28,951 bases of DNA, taken from a virus. Lineage: Duplodnaviria > Caudoviricetes. The stretch spans positions 1-28,951 of the IMG/VR virus record IMGVR_UViG_3300017589_000270. The stretch is one strand, 5' to 3'. Positions within the stretch are counted from its first letter, which is position 1. Each line of letters begins with the position of its first letter. Made by a program: the position numbers and the translations under genes. A model generated the notes under the pieces. It searched no databases and had not been told where the DNA came from. It saw nothing but the letters and a program-made list of their open reading frames with translations. Of this stretch, positions 9,209 to 17,364 are shown one piece after another.

Positions 9209-10894
9209 TTAAATCATTGTAGTATAATCTCCGTATTTGTCTTGTAATACAACGTAAGCATTCAATAGTGCTGCTAATCCATCAATACGTTTGCGTGATT
9301 TGCTTGTTTTGTGCGGTTGTATATTAGCATTCTTGTCCTCTTCGATAGCTGTATTAGCTAAACACCATTTTAAAATAGGATTGTTATCATAGTTGATTAT
9401 TTTCTTCTCTAAATCAGCTCCTAATTGTTTCATAGGCTGCGATAGCGTTTGTTTACCCTGTCGAACTGGTATCATACTTTCTTTACCTAATTCACCTCGC
9501 ATTTCCTCAACCCAATAAGTAGCAGACCAACTGTCATAACCAATCCAAGGGATGTACACGTCATACTCGTTTTGCATTTCCATAAACCACTCAGTAACAT
9601 ATTTTGCGTGAACTTTGTTGCCTATACAAGTGCGCATATATCCTTGTTCAATCCAGTCATCATATGGGGTTTTATCTTCTCTAACTCTTATCTCAATTAA
9701 ATCTTCAGGCAACCAAAACATACTCTTAACATAAACCTGCTCATCGTTCGGCAACATAAAAATAACACACGCTGCCGTTAAGTCGGTTGTACTACTCAAG
9801 TCTCCGCCCCCAATAGCATAGCGTGGTTTTAACTCTTGAATGTCATATGTAGCAGTGTTATTCAATTGTTCAAATGTTAGCCAAGCCTCACTAGATGTCT
9901 CACGAATATTAAACTCTTTGCAAACAAGATTTTTAACCAAAGAAGGATTGGCAATTGCTTTTTCAACTTTAGACTTTAGTTGCTCATAGTTTTTAATTGT
10001 TCCTAGTCCTGGGTTTGCTTTCTTCCAACACTTTTCATCAACCCATTCTTTCCTATTGTCTAATTCATAAATAAAAGGTATAAAATGTTCATCTTTGTAA
10101 CCGTTATCATCAGAGTAACCATTGATTATGCGAGATGCTTCATCATATTTTTCATCGTATATATCTTCTCGAACAGTTCCTGCTGTTGAAGTAATAAATA
10201 CAAGTGGTTGCTCTCTTGCAGATGTACCATCAGCCATGATATTAAATAGTGCCTTACCTTGTTTCCACTGGTGAATTTCATCCATCAAAACCCCATGAAC
10301 ATTAAGCCCATCGAGCGTATCACTATCACTTGCCAGCGGTTTAAAAACACCATCATTAAAGTCACTAACTAATTCAGCAACAAGAGGTTTAATTCTTTTA
10401 AGTAAAGCAGGTGATTTTCTAACCATTCTTTTTGATTCTTGCCAAATAATTTTGGCTTGGTCTTTTTTTGTTGCAACTGAATAAATCTCAGCACCTGCCT
10501 CACCATCTGCAACTTGTAAATATAATCCCACGCAACTAGATATTAATGACTTACCATTCTTTTTGCCTATGATAAGCATAGCTTCTCTGTATTTTCTATT
10601 ACCTTCAATGTCGATAAAGCCGAATATAGTCGCCAACATTGCCTTTTCCCAAACTTCAAGAATAACAGGTTTACCACCCATTTTTCCTTTGGAGTGTCTA
10701 CAATAGTTTTCGATAAATTCTATAACGTGATTTGCTCTTGAGTTGCTATAATAATAATCTCTTGTTGTATCAATTAAATCAGATACAAGCTTTTTATATG
10801 TATAATAGATTTTTAACGGAACTATTTCTTTTCCATTTTTGATATCTTCCCAATATTCCAAAATTGGGTTATAATCTAACGGATATTTAATCAT
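9209..10894 (-). CDS. terL: Terminase large subunit
   Basis: Walker A IGKKNGKS, Walker B VLMDEIH, ITSTAG, ANPGLG, GGDLSSTTDLTA, RIDGLAALLNAY. Confidence 0.96.
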   Translation of the reverse strand: MIKYPLDYNPILEYWEDIKNGKEIVPLKIYYTYKKLVSDLIDTTRDYYYSNSRANHVIEFIENYCRHSKGKMGGKPVILEVWEKAMLATIFGFIDIEGNRKYREAMLIIGKKNGKSLISSCVGLYLQVADGEAGAEIYSVATKKDQAKIIWQESKRMVRKSPALLKRIKPLVAELVSDFNDGVFKPLASDSDTLDGLNVHGVLMDEIHQWKQGKALFNIMADGTSAREQPLVFITSTAGTVREDIYDEKYDEASRIINGYSDDNGYKDEHFIPFIYELDNRKEWVDEKCWKKANPGLGTIKNYEQLKSKVEKAIANPSLVKNLVCKEFNIRETSSEAWLTFEQLNNTATYDIQELKPRYAIGGGDLSSTTDLTAACVIFMLPNDEQVYVKSMFWLPEDLIEIRVREDKTPYDDWIEQGYMRTCIGNKVHAKYVTEWFMEMQNEYDVYIPWIGYDSWSATYWVEEMRGELGKESMIPVRQGKQTLSQPMKQLGADLEKKIINYDNNPILKWCLANTAIEEDKNANIQPHKTSKSRKRIDGLAALLNAYVVLQDKYGDYTTMI

Positions 10895-11261
10895 GTCTAT
10901 CACCTATAAACGAATTAAAGCCATCATCATTGTCATTTTTAACCTGCTCCTTTGGTAATAAGTCGGTTAGTTGCTTTATAATTTTTTGATAACTACCGTT
11001 TATTTGGTTATACAAGTCTGCCGTCAGTCTTTTGCGCTCATAAGGCTCTTGTGTTTCGCTTTGCGAGAACATTTCAACAAAACCTTTTGAGTTTAAACTT
11101 GCTTCCATCTCGTCAAGCGAAACTCGCATAAAAGATGCACGTTCAATCAAGCCAATAGCACTGTCTTTCCTATTTGGCTCTATATCTTTGTAAATCTTTT
11201 TAAGTCTTTTTATCTCGGCTTTGATATATTTTTCTTTTTGTTCTTTGCTATAAATTCCCAT
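10887..11261 (-). CDS. terS: Terminase small subunit
   Basis: Overlaps terL start; EIKRLKKIY..LIERASFMRVSLDEME..YQKIIKQLTDLLP. Confidence 0.85.
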   Translation of the reverse strand: MGIYSKEQKEKYIKAEIKRLKKIYKDIEPNRKDSAIGLIERASFMRVSLDEMEASLNSKGFVEMFSQSETQEPYERKRLTADLYNQINGSYQKIIKQLTDLLPKEQVKNDNDDGFNSFIGDRHD

Positions 11262-11355
11262 ACAATTCACTTCCTTTCATTACCATTCTCTATTGTTGAG
11301 GGGGAGGGTCATGCAATACCTTATGTATTGTATGTATGTATAGCTACGGGAAGGT

Positions 11356-11688
11356 CTAAACCCTTGCCACCACTGCGTTTAGGGGGGCTATGGGCATTAT
11401 CATTCCAGTATCGTCAAACATATATCTCACTTCTTCATACTCTCCCATATGTTCTCTGTTGTGACATACATGACATACATACTCTAGATTACTATGATTG
11501 AGTGTTATCTCTGCATCATTTATATTAATCTCTGATACATACGTTTTATGATGTACAATAAAGCCTAGCTCATCATGACACCTTTCACACATACCGCCAT
11601 CAATTGCAATGCGTTGTTGTATAAATGATTGTCTGCACTTCTTCCATTTGGTACTGCTATAAAATGGACGTGCATAATCTTTAGCTAT
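11356..11688 (-). CDS. Packaging-associated HNH endonuclease (HK97 gp74-like), apparent ATA start
   Basis: (I)AKDYARPFYSSTKWKKCR..GGMCERC..IVHHK..NLEYVCHVCHNREH; GAGGTGA RBS before ATA at 11688, in-frame TGA immediately upstream. Confidence 0.88.
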   Translation of the reverse strand: MAKDYARPFYSSTKWKKCRQSFIQQRIAIDGGMCERCHDELGFIVHHKTYVSEININDAEITLNHSNLEYVCHVCHNREHMGEYEEVRYMFDDTGMIMPIAPLNAVVARV

Positions 11689-11741
11689 TCAAATCACCTC
11701 AACTTTCTTTTGTTGTATCTGTTTGCATTTATATATAACCT

Positions 11742-11996
11742 CTAGCGTTTATCATCAAAGAACTCATCTTGACTAACTAACTTTATTTTTTTCGGCATTT
11801 GACATTCATTAACTATCATTATCAATCTCATTAACTCATCACTATTAATTTCAATATCACCATCTCTATTTAATTGCATAAAACTATTGAAATTTCTAAA
11901 TCTTTCATATAGAATTGTGCCTACATTCATCTTTTCGCATTTACTGCAGTTCTTTGTGCTAATATTCACGGTTATCCCTTTTATATTTTTATTCAT
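11742..11996 (-). CDS. Hypothetical protein (one CxxC)
   Basis: ATG with GAGG RBS, 2 bp after the GIY-YIG stop. Confidence 0.6.
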   Translation of the reverse strand: MNKNIKGITVNISTKNCSKCEKMNVGTILYERFRNFNSFMQLNRDGDIEINSDELMRLIMIVNECQMPKKIKLVSQDEFFDDKR

Positions 11997-11998
11997 AG

Positions 11999-12388
11999 TT
12001 ATTCCTCAACTTTCTTTTTATCATCCTTATATATCATATTAATACATTCAATAATTTGCTTAGCTTTATCTTGTTTACACCTGCTCAATGACACTCTAGC
12101 ACTACCTTGTTGCACAATTATTTTACAGCAAGTGGGTTTATAATAAGAGTTGTATAACCCTTCATAGAAGAATCTTAATAATGAACTCTCTGCATCAACA
12201 CTATCAACCAATCTATATGTAATACCTTCTCCACTGCACTCATTATACAACCTTTGAAGTGTCTTATTGCTATGCTTGTTAAGTCTTAAACTTGACTGAT
12301 GTTCCTTGATTCGCTCCTCATATGTGCGTGTTGTTTCACCTATGTAAAGACATTTATTATCTTTGAAAATCCCATAGATATTAATCAA
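11999..12388 (-). CDS. GIY-YIG endonuclease
   Basis: NIYGIF..LYIGET..ERIKEH..HSNKTLQ; TTG start with GGAAGGTGA. Confidence 0.85.
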   Translation of the reverse strand: MINIYGIFKDNKCLYIGETTRTYEERIKEHQSSLRLNKHSNKTLQRLYNECSGEGITYRLVDSVDAESSLLRFFYEGLYNSYYKPTCCKIIVQQGSARVSLSRCKQDKAKQIIECINMIYKDDKKKVEE

Positions 12389-12405
12389 CTTTTATATCAC
12401 CTTCC

Positions 12406-12705
12406 TTATTTTTCTTCAATACAATCATCACATGACTTTTGAATTTGCTCACAGAGCTTCTCAAACTGAATCATAAGTTCTTCTATTTCAATATTTTTTA
12501 ATTTATTGCGACAATATAATTCATCCAATTCTTCTTGCTCTAATATCTTAACTGCGTTGACTTTTTTCTTCTTTTTGCACTTCTTAAAATACTCTTTAAC
12601 AGTTTCAATCACAAATATTAATACTAATACGTCAATAACTACAACAGCTAAAATACCAATCAAAAGACAAACTACCCCAAACATAATACTTAAAATATCT
12701 ATCAT
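12406..12705 (-). CDS. Membrane-anchored protein (N-terminal hydrophobic segment, poly-Lys, coiled coil)
   Basis: ~30 hydrophobic residues followed by KKCKKKKK; translationally coupled (TAATG) to upstream nuclease. Confidence 0.65.
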   Translation of the reverse strand: MIDILSIMFGVVCLLIGILAVVVIDVLVLIFVIETVKEYFKKCKKKKKVNAVKILEQEELDELYCRNKLKNIEIEELMIQFEKLCEQIQKSCDDCIEEK

Positions 12706-13214
12706 TATGACACCTCTTTCAAATTTTCATTCAAATAGTAAACTTTAAAGCACATATGATTGTCTAAAATATATTGCAACGGAACTAAAAATCCACTTCC
12801 CCAACACTCGTCTTTTGTGTTCCAGAATTTACGGTTTGTAAATGTATTAGCAACAGGTTGTAATTTACTCCAATCAATCATATAAATAATTCTTTTTACA
12901 TCGTCGAAATATCCCAAGACATCACATAAGCAGTAGTGATACCAGCTATTTTTCGTTCCAGTTTTGCGATACATCAAATTCTCAACAAAAACATTATTAC
13001 TGCGATTAATTACCGAATCCGATTTAATTTCCAATTTATATGTATTATCAATATTTGGATTAGTTATAAGTAGGTCAACATCGATTGTGCGATGATATGG
13101 ACTATCTGATACGTCCTCAACTATAAATCCCTTTGATTGTAAGAAACTACCGATTTCTGCTTCTGCTCTTTTCCCATGTTCTAAACAGCTTTGAAACTTT
13201 TCTGTTTTATTCAT
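12705..13214 (-). CDS. PD-(D/E)XK nuclease-fold protein
   Basis: GKRAEAEI..IDVDLLI..LEIKSD catalytic pattern. Confidence 0.75.
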   Translation of the reverse strand: MNKTEKFQSCLEHGKRAEAEIGSFLQSKGFIVEDVSDSPYHRTIDVDLLITNPNIDNTYKLEIKSDSVINRSNNVFVENLMYRKTGTKNSWYHYCLCDVLGYFDDVKRIIYMIDWSKLQPVANTFTNRKFWNTKDECWGSGFLVPLQYILDNHMCFKVYYLNENLKEVS

Positions 13215-13278
13215 TTTAACCCTCTTTCTATTTCTTTAAATTCTCTTTAAAATTCTTTTGTTTTTTTATAAATATGTG

Positions 13279-13388
13279 TTGACAATACCGTTCATTGATG
13301 GTATGATATAATTGGATATTATACGCCTACAAACTAAAAAAATAAAAATATAATAAGGGTATATATATTCAACATATACCCTTTGTTT
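13279..13388 (+). ncRNA. Candidate antisense sRNA cassette (sigmaA promoter + terminator, ~75 nt, no ORF)
   Basis: TTGACA(13279)-17-TG.TATGAT(13302); hairpin AAGGGTATAT/ATATACCCTT 13355-13383 + TGTTT. Confidence 0.5.
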
Positions 13389-13496
13389 AAGTATTATTTA
13401 ATTGTCTAAGTGAAACTGTTTAACTTAAACTATTGGACTAACTATTCTTGTGTACTCCCTATATTTAACTTAGTCAGCTCGACATTTTGTGCAATA

Positions 13497-13805
13497 TTAA
13501 CAATGACAATCGTTAATCATATCAGCACAGGATTCATTGACCCATTCCATGAATTTCTTTTCTAACCATTTTTGCCCCTTAGGAGTTACTAATGTTTTTT
13601 TATCCTCAACTATAAAATAACCTCTTCTTATATATGGTGAATAAGGAGTTTCATCTTCTTTTAATATATCCCATATTTGCAAGCTATCTATTATGTCACA
13701 ATAACGTGTAAGGTCTACATAATCTTCTCCAACATTGCCTAAATTCATTTTGTCATTCACTAAATCAATAGTTTTTTCTATTGTTAAATTTTTATTATTC
13801 ATCAT
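13497..13805 (-). CDS. Phage antirepressor KilAC/ANT-domain protein
   Basis: TPYSPYIRRGYFIV..TLVTPKGQKWL; ATG at 13805 after GAAAGGA. Confidence 0.7.
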   Translation of the reverse strand: MMNNKNLTIEKTIDLVNDKMNLGNVGEDYVDLTRYCDIIDSLQIWDILKEDETPYSPYIRRGYFIVEDKKTLVTPKGQKWLEKKFMEWVNESCADMINDCHC

Positions 13806-13848
13806 TGTCATCCTTTCAATTGTCAAATAATATTAATTATACTTTGAG

Positions 13849-14020
13849 GAAGTTGAGGTACGAAACTGACGAAACATAGTTACTTCTGACAGCTTGCTGG
13901 CAAAGTTACTATGCGTTCTCTTCTCTTTGATACTGTTATGTGATTAAGATAACGGAGCAGGATATCGTACATTTGCGAATGTACTCTTTCGTCGGTTGCG
14001 ACCTCCTCAACTTCTATTTT
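13849..14020 (+). ncRNA. Multibranch structured element (ncRNA or ssDNA origin)
   Basis: Closing stems GAAGTTGAGG/CCTCAACTTC and AACTGACGAAA/TTTCGTCGGTT enclosing three hairpins. Confidence 0.55.
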
Positions 14021-14122
14021 ATTATTTGAATACTATTACTTTCAGGTATCACTATTTAAGATTTTGTCTATATAACAAATTATTGATTTCTGATACTTTT
14101 ATTTACTTAATTAATAATTTTC

Positions 14123-14178
14123 CTACCCCCCAATTTGGGTGTTTCCTATATATAGGAGTTGCTCAAAAAGGGTGGTAG
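14123..14178. repeat. Imperfect ~56-bp inverted repeat centred on perfect palindrome TCCTATATATAGGA; candidate replication origin
   Basis: 14144-14157 perfect 14-bp palindrome with flanks CTACC..GGTAG, CCC..GGG, TTTGGG..CTCAAA; 7 bp after the helicase stop, AT-rich flank on left. Confidence 0.6.
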
Positions 14179-14185
14179 AGAACTG

Positions 14186-15670
14186 TTATATACATAATTT
14201 TTCAACTCTCCAAGCATTTTTAAAATTCTTCTTATTTCCATCAATTATTTTACTTGTTGTAAATTCAACTATTCTAAATGGTATTTCTCTTTCCTCTAAA
14301 GCACCATTTAAATTATTCAATCTCTTTAACTGTTTACTATTAGATTTTACATCAATCATATCAATTAATTCTTGTCTGTCTTTTACTTGTAACATAATAT
14401 CACCAACAATAGAATCTAAATATGTAATTAAGTCATCAGCTTTTTCTTCTGTTTCAAGTAGAATAAATTTATCCTCATTAATATTTAATGCAATACTAAT
14501 GACATGTTTATAAGTTACAATTTCATATTTTTTCTCTTTTGATAATATACTTTCATACATTTTATTATCAGCTTGTAACTTAGTTAGCATACATTTATTA
14601 ACAACTTTATGTATTTGACCATCTATTCCAACAATATCATCTACAACTCTACTGTCATATAAATTAGTTTTATAATTTCTATTTGTATATTCAATTTCTC
14701 CATGTTTCTTTAAAAATTCAGCATTATTTATTGAGTTGACAATTTTTCTTCTAAATCCATTAAGCCTTTTTTTGTCACTCCAATCGTAGAAATATAAAGA
14801 AACTGTTTCATTTTCTCCAATTCTTTTTCTCCCCAAACATTGAATAAATTCATCTCTATCAAATATATCTATTATAATATGCTTAACTGGAATACCTTCA
14901 TTAATGTTTATACCATTATCAAGTACCGTGGTGGTGCATAATAAGTGATTATTAAAGCATCCATGGTTAATAATATTATTCAGTTCATCAGTTGCTATAT
15001 ATTTATTGTACTGTGAATTGAACTCTGAACATATAAAAGAACCTTTAAATTTCTTAGCTGTTTCATATGCTCTTTGGGCTGTACTGAATAATATTATTTG
15101 TTCATCATTTGGAATGTCTGCAATTATGCTATCTATGCTATCATAGTTATTAAATGCAACTATTTTATTTATATAATCATAGTTAGTTTTTAAATTATAT
15201 GTATAGTTGATATGACAATCATTATTATTAAAGTACCATGACAACAATCTAGGTGTGGCGGTCATTAATATTTTAATAATTGATTTATTATTCATTAATG
15301 TATCGAAAAATAAATCAGTTTTTCCATTAAAGCCTGAATCGCTGAAGAAGTAATGCCCTTCATCGCAAACTACATAATCAAAATAATCTAAACATAAAGT
15401 ATTGTTAAGTATCAGTATTTCGATTTCTTGATAATTCATTACTAAAATGTTGTCACTATTACCAATATCTTTAATTATTTGTGCCTTCAATATATTCCTA
15501 TTTGTTAGATATAATATATACTTCCCTTCGTGTTTACAATATGTAGATAATTCATTTTTAACAAAAGTTGATTTTCCTGTTCCTGTTCCAGCGGTAATTA
15601 ATATTATATCCCCCTTTACCCATGAAAAATATTTTTTACCTATAACATTTGTAACAAATTGTTTTGTCAT
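14186..15670 (-). CDS. SF2 (DEAD/DEAH-like) helicase, probable replication/origin-binding protein
   Basis: AGTGTGKS (I), VCDEGH (II), MTATP (III), TTVLDNGINI (V), QCLGRKR (VI). Confidence 0.85.
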   Translation of the reverse strand: MTKQFVTNVIGKKYFSWVKGDIILITAGTGTGKSTFVKNELSTYCKHEGKYILYLTNRNILKAQIIKDIGNSDNILVMNYQEIEILILNNTLCLDYFDYVVCDEGHYFFSDSGFNGKTDLFFDTLMNNKSIIKILMTATPRLLSWYFNNNDCHINYTYNLKTNYDYINKIVAFNNYDSIDSIIADIPNDEQIILFSTAQRAYETAKKFKGSFICSEFNSQYNKYIATDELNNIINHGCFNNHLLCTTTVLDNGININEGIPVKHIIIDIFDRDEFIQCLGRKRIGENETVSLYFYDWSDKKRLNGFRRKIVNSINNAEFLKKHGEIEYTNRNYKTNLYDSRVVDDIVGIDGQIHKVVNKCMLTKLQADNKMYESILSKEKKYEIVTYKHVISIALNINEDKFILLETEEKADDLITYLDSIVGDIMLQVKDRQELIDMIDVKSNSKQLKRLNNLNGALEEREIPFRIVEFTTSKIIDGNKKNFKNAWRVEKLCI

Positions 15671-15684
15671 ATAATTTTCCCCTT

Positions 15685-15873
15685 TTATTTATACCCTTGT
15701 TTTAATTCAACTAATTTTTCGATTGAATCCTGTAATACTTCTGAGTTTTCAAATATATATCTTACGCCTCCATTATCTTCATTGAATTTATAGAACTTAA
15801 ATCCTATGAAAGATAAAGCATAAGCTAGATATTTACTGTTGATTTTATAATATTTTATATCTGAATCTACCAA
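15685..15873 (-). CDS. DUF5659-like small protein
   Basis: INSKYLAYALSFIGFKF..YIFENSEVLQDSI pattern; TTG start with AAGGA. Confidence 0.65.
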   Translation of the reverse strand: MVDSDIKYYKINSKYLAYALSFIGFKFYKFNEDNGGVRYIFENSEVLQDSIEKLVELKQGYK

Positions 15874-15907
15874 AATTATATTCCTTCTTTCTAATTCTTA
15901 TTTCATA

Positions 15908-16093
15908 TTAGCTTTTAACATCAAGACTTCTATCTCTCGTGTGGTATTCATTTAGCTTTTTAAGTAGAGCATCCGACCTCTCAAATAAAAACACACTGAA
16001 ATTAGGGTTATCCCTATCTTGCATTGTTGTTACAATTGAGAAGCCATTCTGTACCAACCAGTTTGCGATTCTAAGTGTGCGGATAATATACAT
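15908..16093 (-). CDS. DUF5659-like small protein
   Basis: IRTLRIANWLVQNGF..DRDNPNFSVFLFERSDALLKKLNEY. Confidence 0.7.
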   Translation of the reverse strand: MYIIRTLRIANWLVQNGFSIVTTMQDRDNPNFSVFLFERSDALLKKLNEYHTRDRSLDVKS

Positions 16094-16226
16094 TATTTAT
16101 CTTCCTCATTTTCCTTGATTTTAGTTCTTTATTCTCTTTAGTTAGTTTTTTATTTTGCATACTAATATAAATTATGTAGAACGCAATAAAGGCTGTAGAT
16201 GCTAGTGTAAGTATACTTTTAATCAT
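16071..16226 (-). CDS. 51-aa single-TM peptide (below ORF-track cutoff)
   Basis: GAGGA RBS, ATG 16226; MIKSILTLASTAFIAFYIIYISMQNKKLTKENKELKSRKMRKINNVYYPHT. Confidence 0.55.
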   Translation of the reverse strand: MIKSILTLASTAFIAFYIIYISMQNKKLTKENKELKSRKMRKINNVYYPHT

Positions 16227-16367
16227 TGTTTCAATTCCTCATTCTTTCATTTTATAAAATATGGATGCAAGTTACTATTACAGTTTTACCTACACCCATA
16301 TGTTTTATTTGGTTATTTTTTTGGGGGGTGTTCAAAAATGAACGGGGTTGTTAGATTGAACTTACAT

Positions 16368-16398
16368 AAAAGGGGTATACTCAAAGTGAGACACCCCT
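16368..16398 (-). terminator. Hairpin/terminator downstream of rha
   Basis: AGGGGTGTCTCA-CTT-TGAGTATACCCCT followed by TTT on - strand. Confidence 0.55.
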
Positions 16399-16448
16399 AT
16401 ATATTTTTATTTACCGTATCCACAACTGGTCACACGTGGATTTTAAGG

Positions 16449-17138
16449 TTAGCTTGTTTTTTTAAGTGCATGACCTAATTTCTGCCCATAACTTCTATTA
16501 TTAATTTCATTGATATCCTTCAAGATTTGCTCCCTGATTTCAATAATATTTTCACGCTCAGATTTATATCCTTTTGCTTTTTTTATGTATAAATTATCTT
16601 CTCTATTTTGGAGTGCATCCAATATCTGATTTAATCTAGTTATCCTTTTTGGAACGTCCATTGACTTACGAGAATAAGTAGTAAATCTATCATAAACTTT
16701 TTGAATATCTTGACTATCTGTAAATGTAGTTCCAACTCTTTGAGCAGTAGAAAATTTAATCTCTGCATAATCTTCTTCAGATAATATACCTTTGGAATTC
16801 ATGGTTGTTTCAATATCTCTAAGCTGCTGTTCTATGAGATTAAACTTTGCTATGTAATCTATTTTGAACTTCATTGCCTTTGAGCCAGTAAAACCCATTG
16901 CCAATAAAGAAAATCCATCACGAGTAAGTTTATATTCTTTTCTCATTTCGCCTTTACTATCTTTATATTCTGATAATAAAAACCAACGGGTCGATTTTTC
17001 GGCTGGTTCAATTTCTGCAATTATGCTATTAATTTTTTCTAAAATGTGTTTATGCTCTTTTTCAAAGTTCTTTGCTATTTGTCTGCTTGTTGCGAATACA
17101 TTTCCGTTTTCTGTGAATAGTCTAATTTCTTTAATCAT
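16449..17138 (-). CDS. rha: Rha-family phage regulatory protein
   Basis: ATSRQIAKNFEKEHKHIL..YKDSKGEMRKEYKLTRDGFSLLAMGFTGSKAMKFKIDYIAKFN. Confidence 0.92.
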   Translation of the reverse strand: MIKEIRLFTENGNVFATSRQIAKNFEKEHKHILEKINSIIAEIEPAEKSTRWFLLSEYKDSKGEMRKEYKLTRDGFSLLAMGFTGSKAMKFKIDYIAKFNLIEQQLRDIETTMNSKGILSEEDYAEIKFSTAQRVGTTFTDSQDIQKVYDRFTTYSRKSMDVPKRITRLNQILDALQNREDNLYIKKAKGYKSERENIIEIREQILKDINEINNRSYGQKLGHALKKTS

Positions 17139-17364
17139 GTGTTTCCAACTTTCTATAATTCATTTTTGTTTATACGAATGATTAAGCATATTAAATACAC
17201 TTATAGCAATATCGACGTTAGTGTCGATGCTCCTGTAAATATAATTGAATTGCTTTAAGTAGTATCGTACCACCCACCATTAAGCAGGTGTTACTACACT
17301 ACTAAGCGTATTGACTTATCGTCCCACGCCCTTAGAAATCACTATAATATTTTCTAGTCAGTAA

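Noticed and set aside
11960-11996. N-terminus MNKNIKGITVNI resembles the TMP N-terminus MASNIKGIKIEI
   Set aside because: Only ~8 residues in AT-biased sequence with no similarity beyond; probably chance
13334-13375. 13-codon hydrophobic ORF (MLNIYTLIIFLFF) antisense to the 13279 cassette
   Set aside because: Too short, poorly spaced SD, and expected by chance from a T-rich tract
13860-13920. CTGACGA and GAAA resembling a hammerhead ribozyme core
   Set aside because: No GAAA after the would-be stem II and no stem I/III arrangement; these bases pair better with 13987-13997
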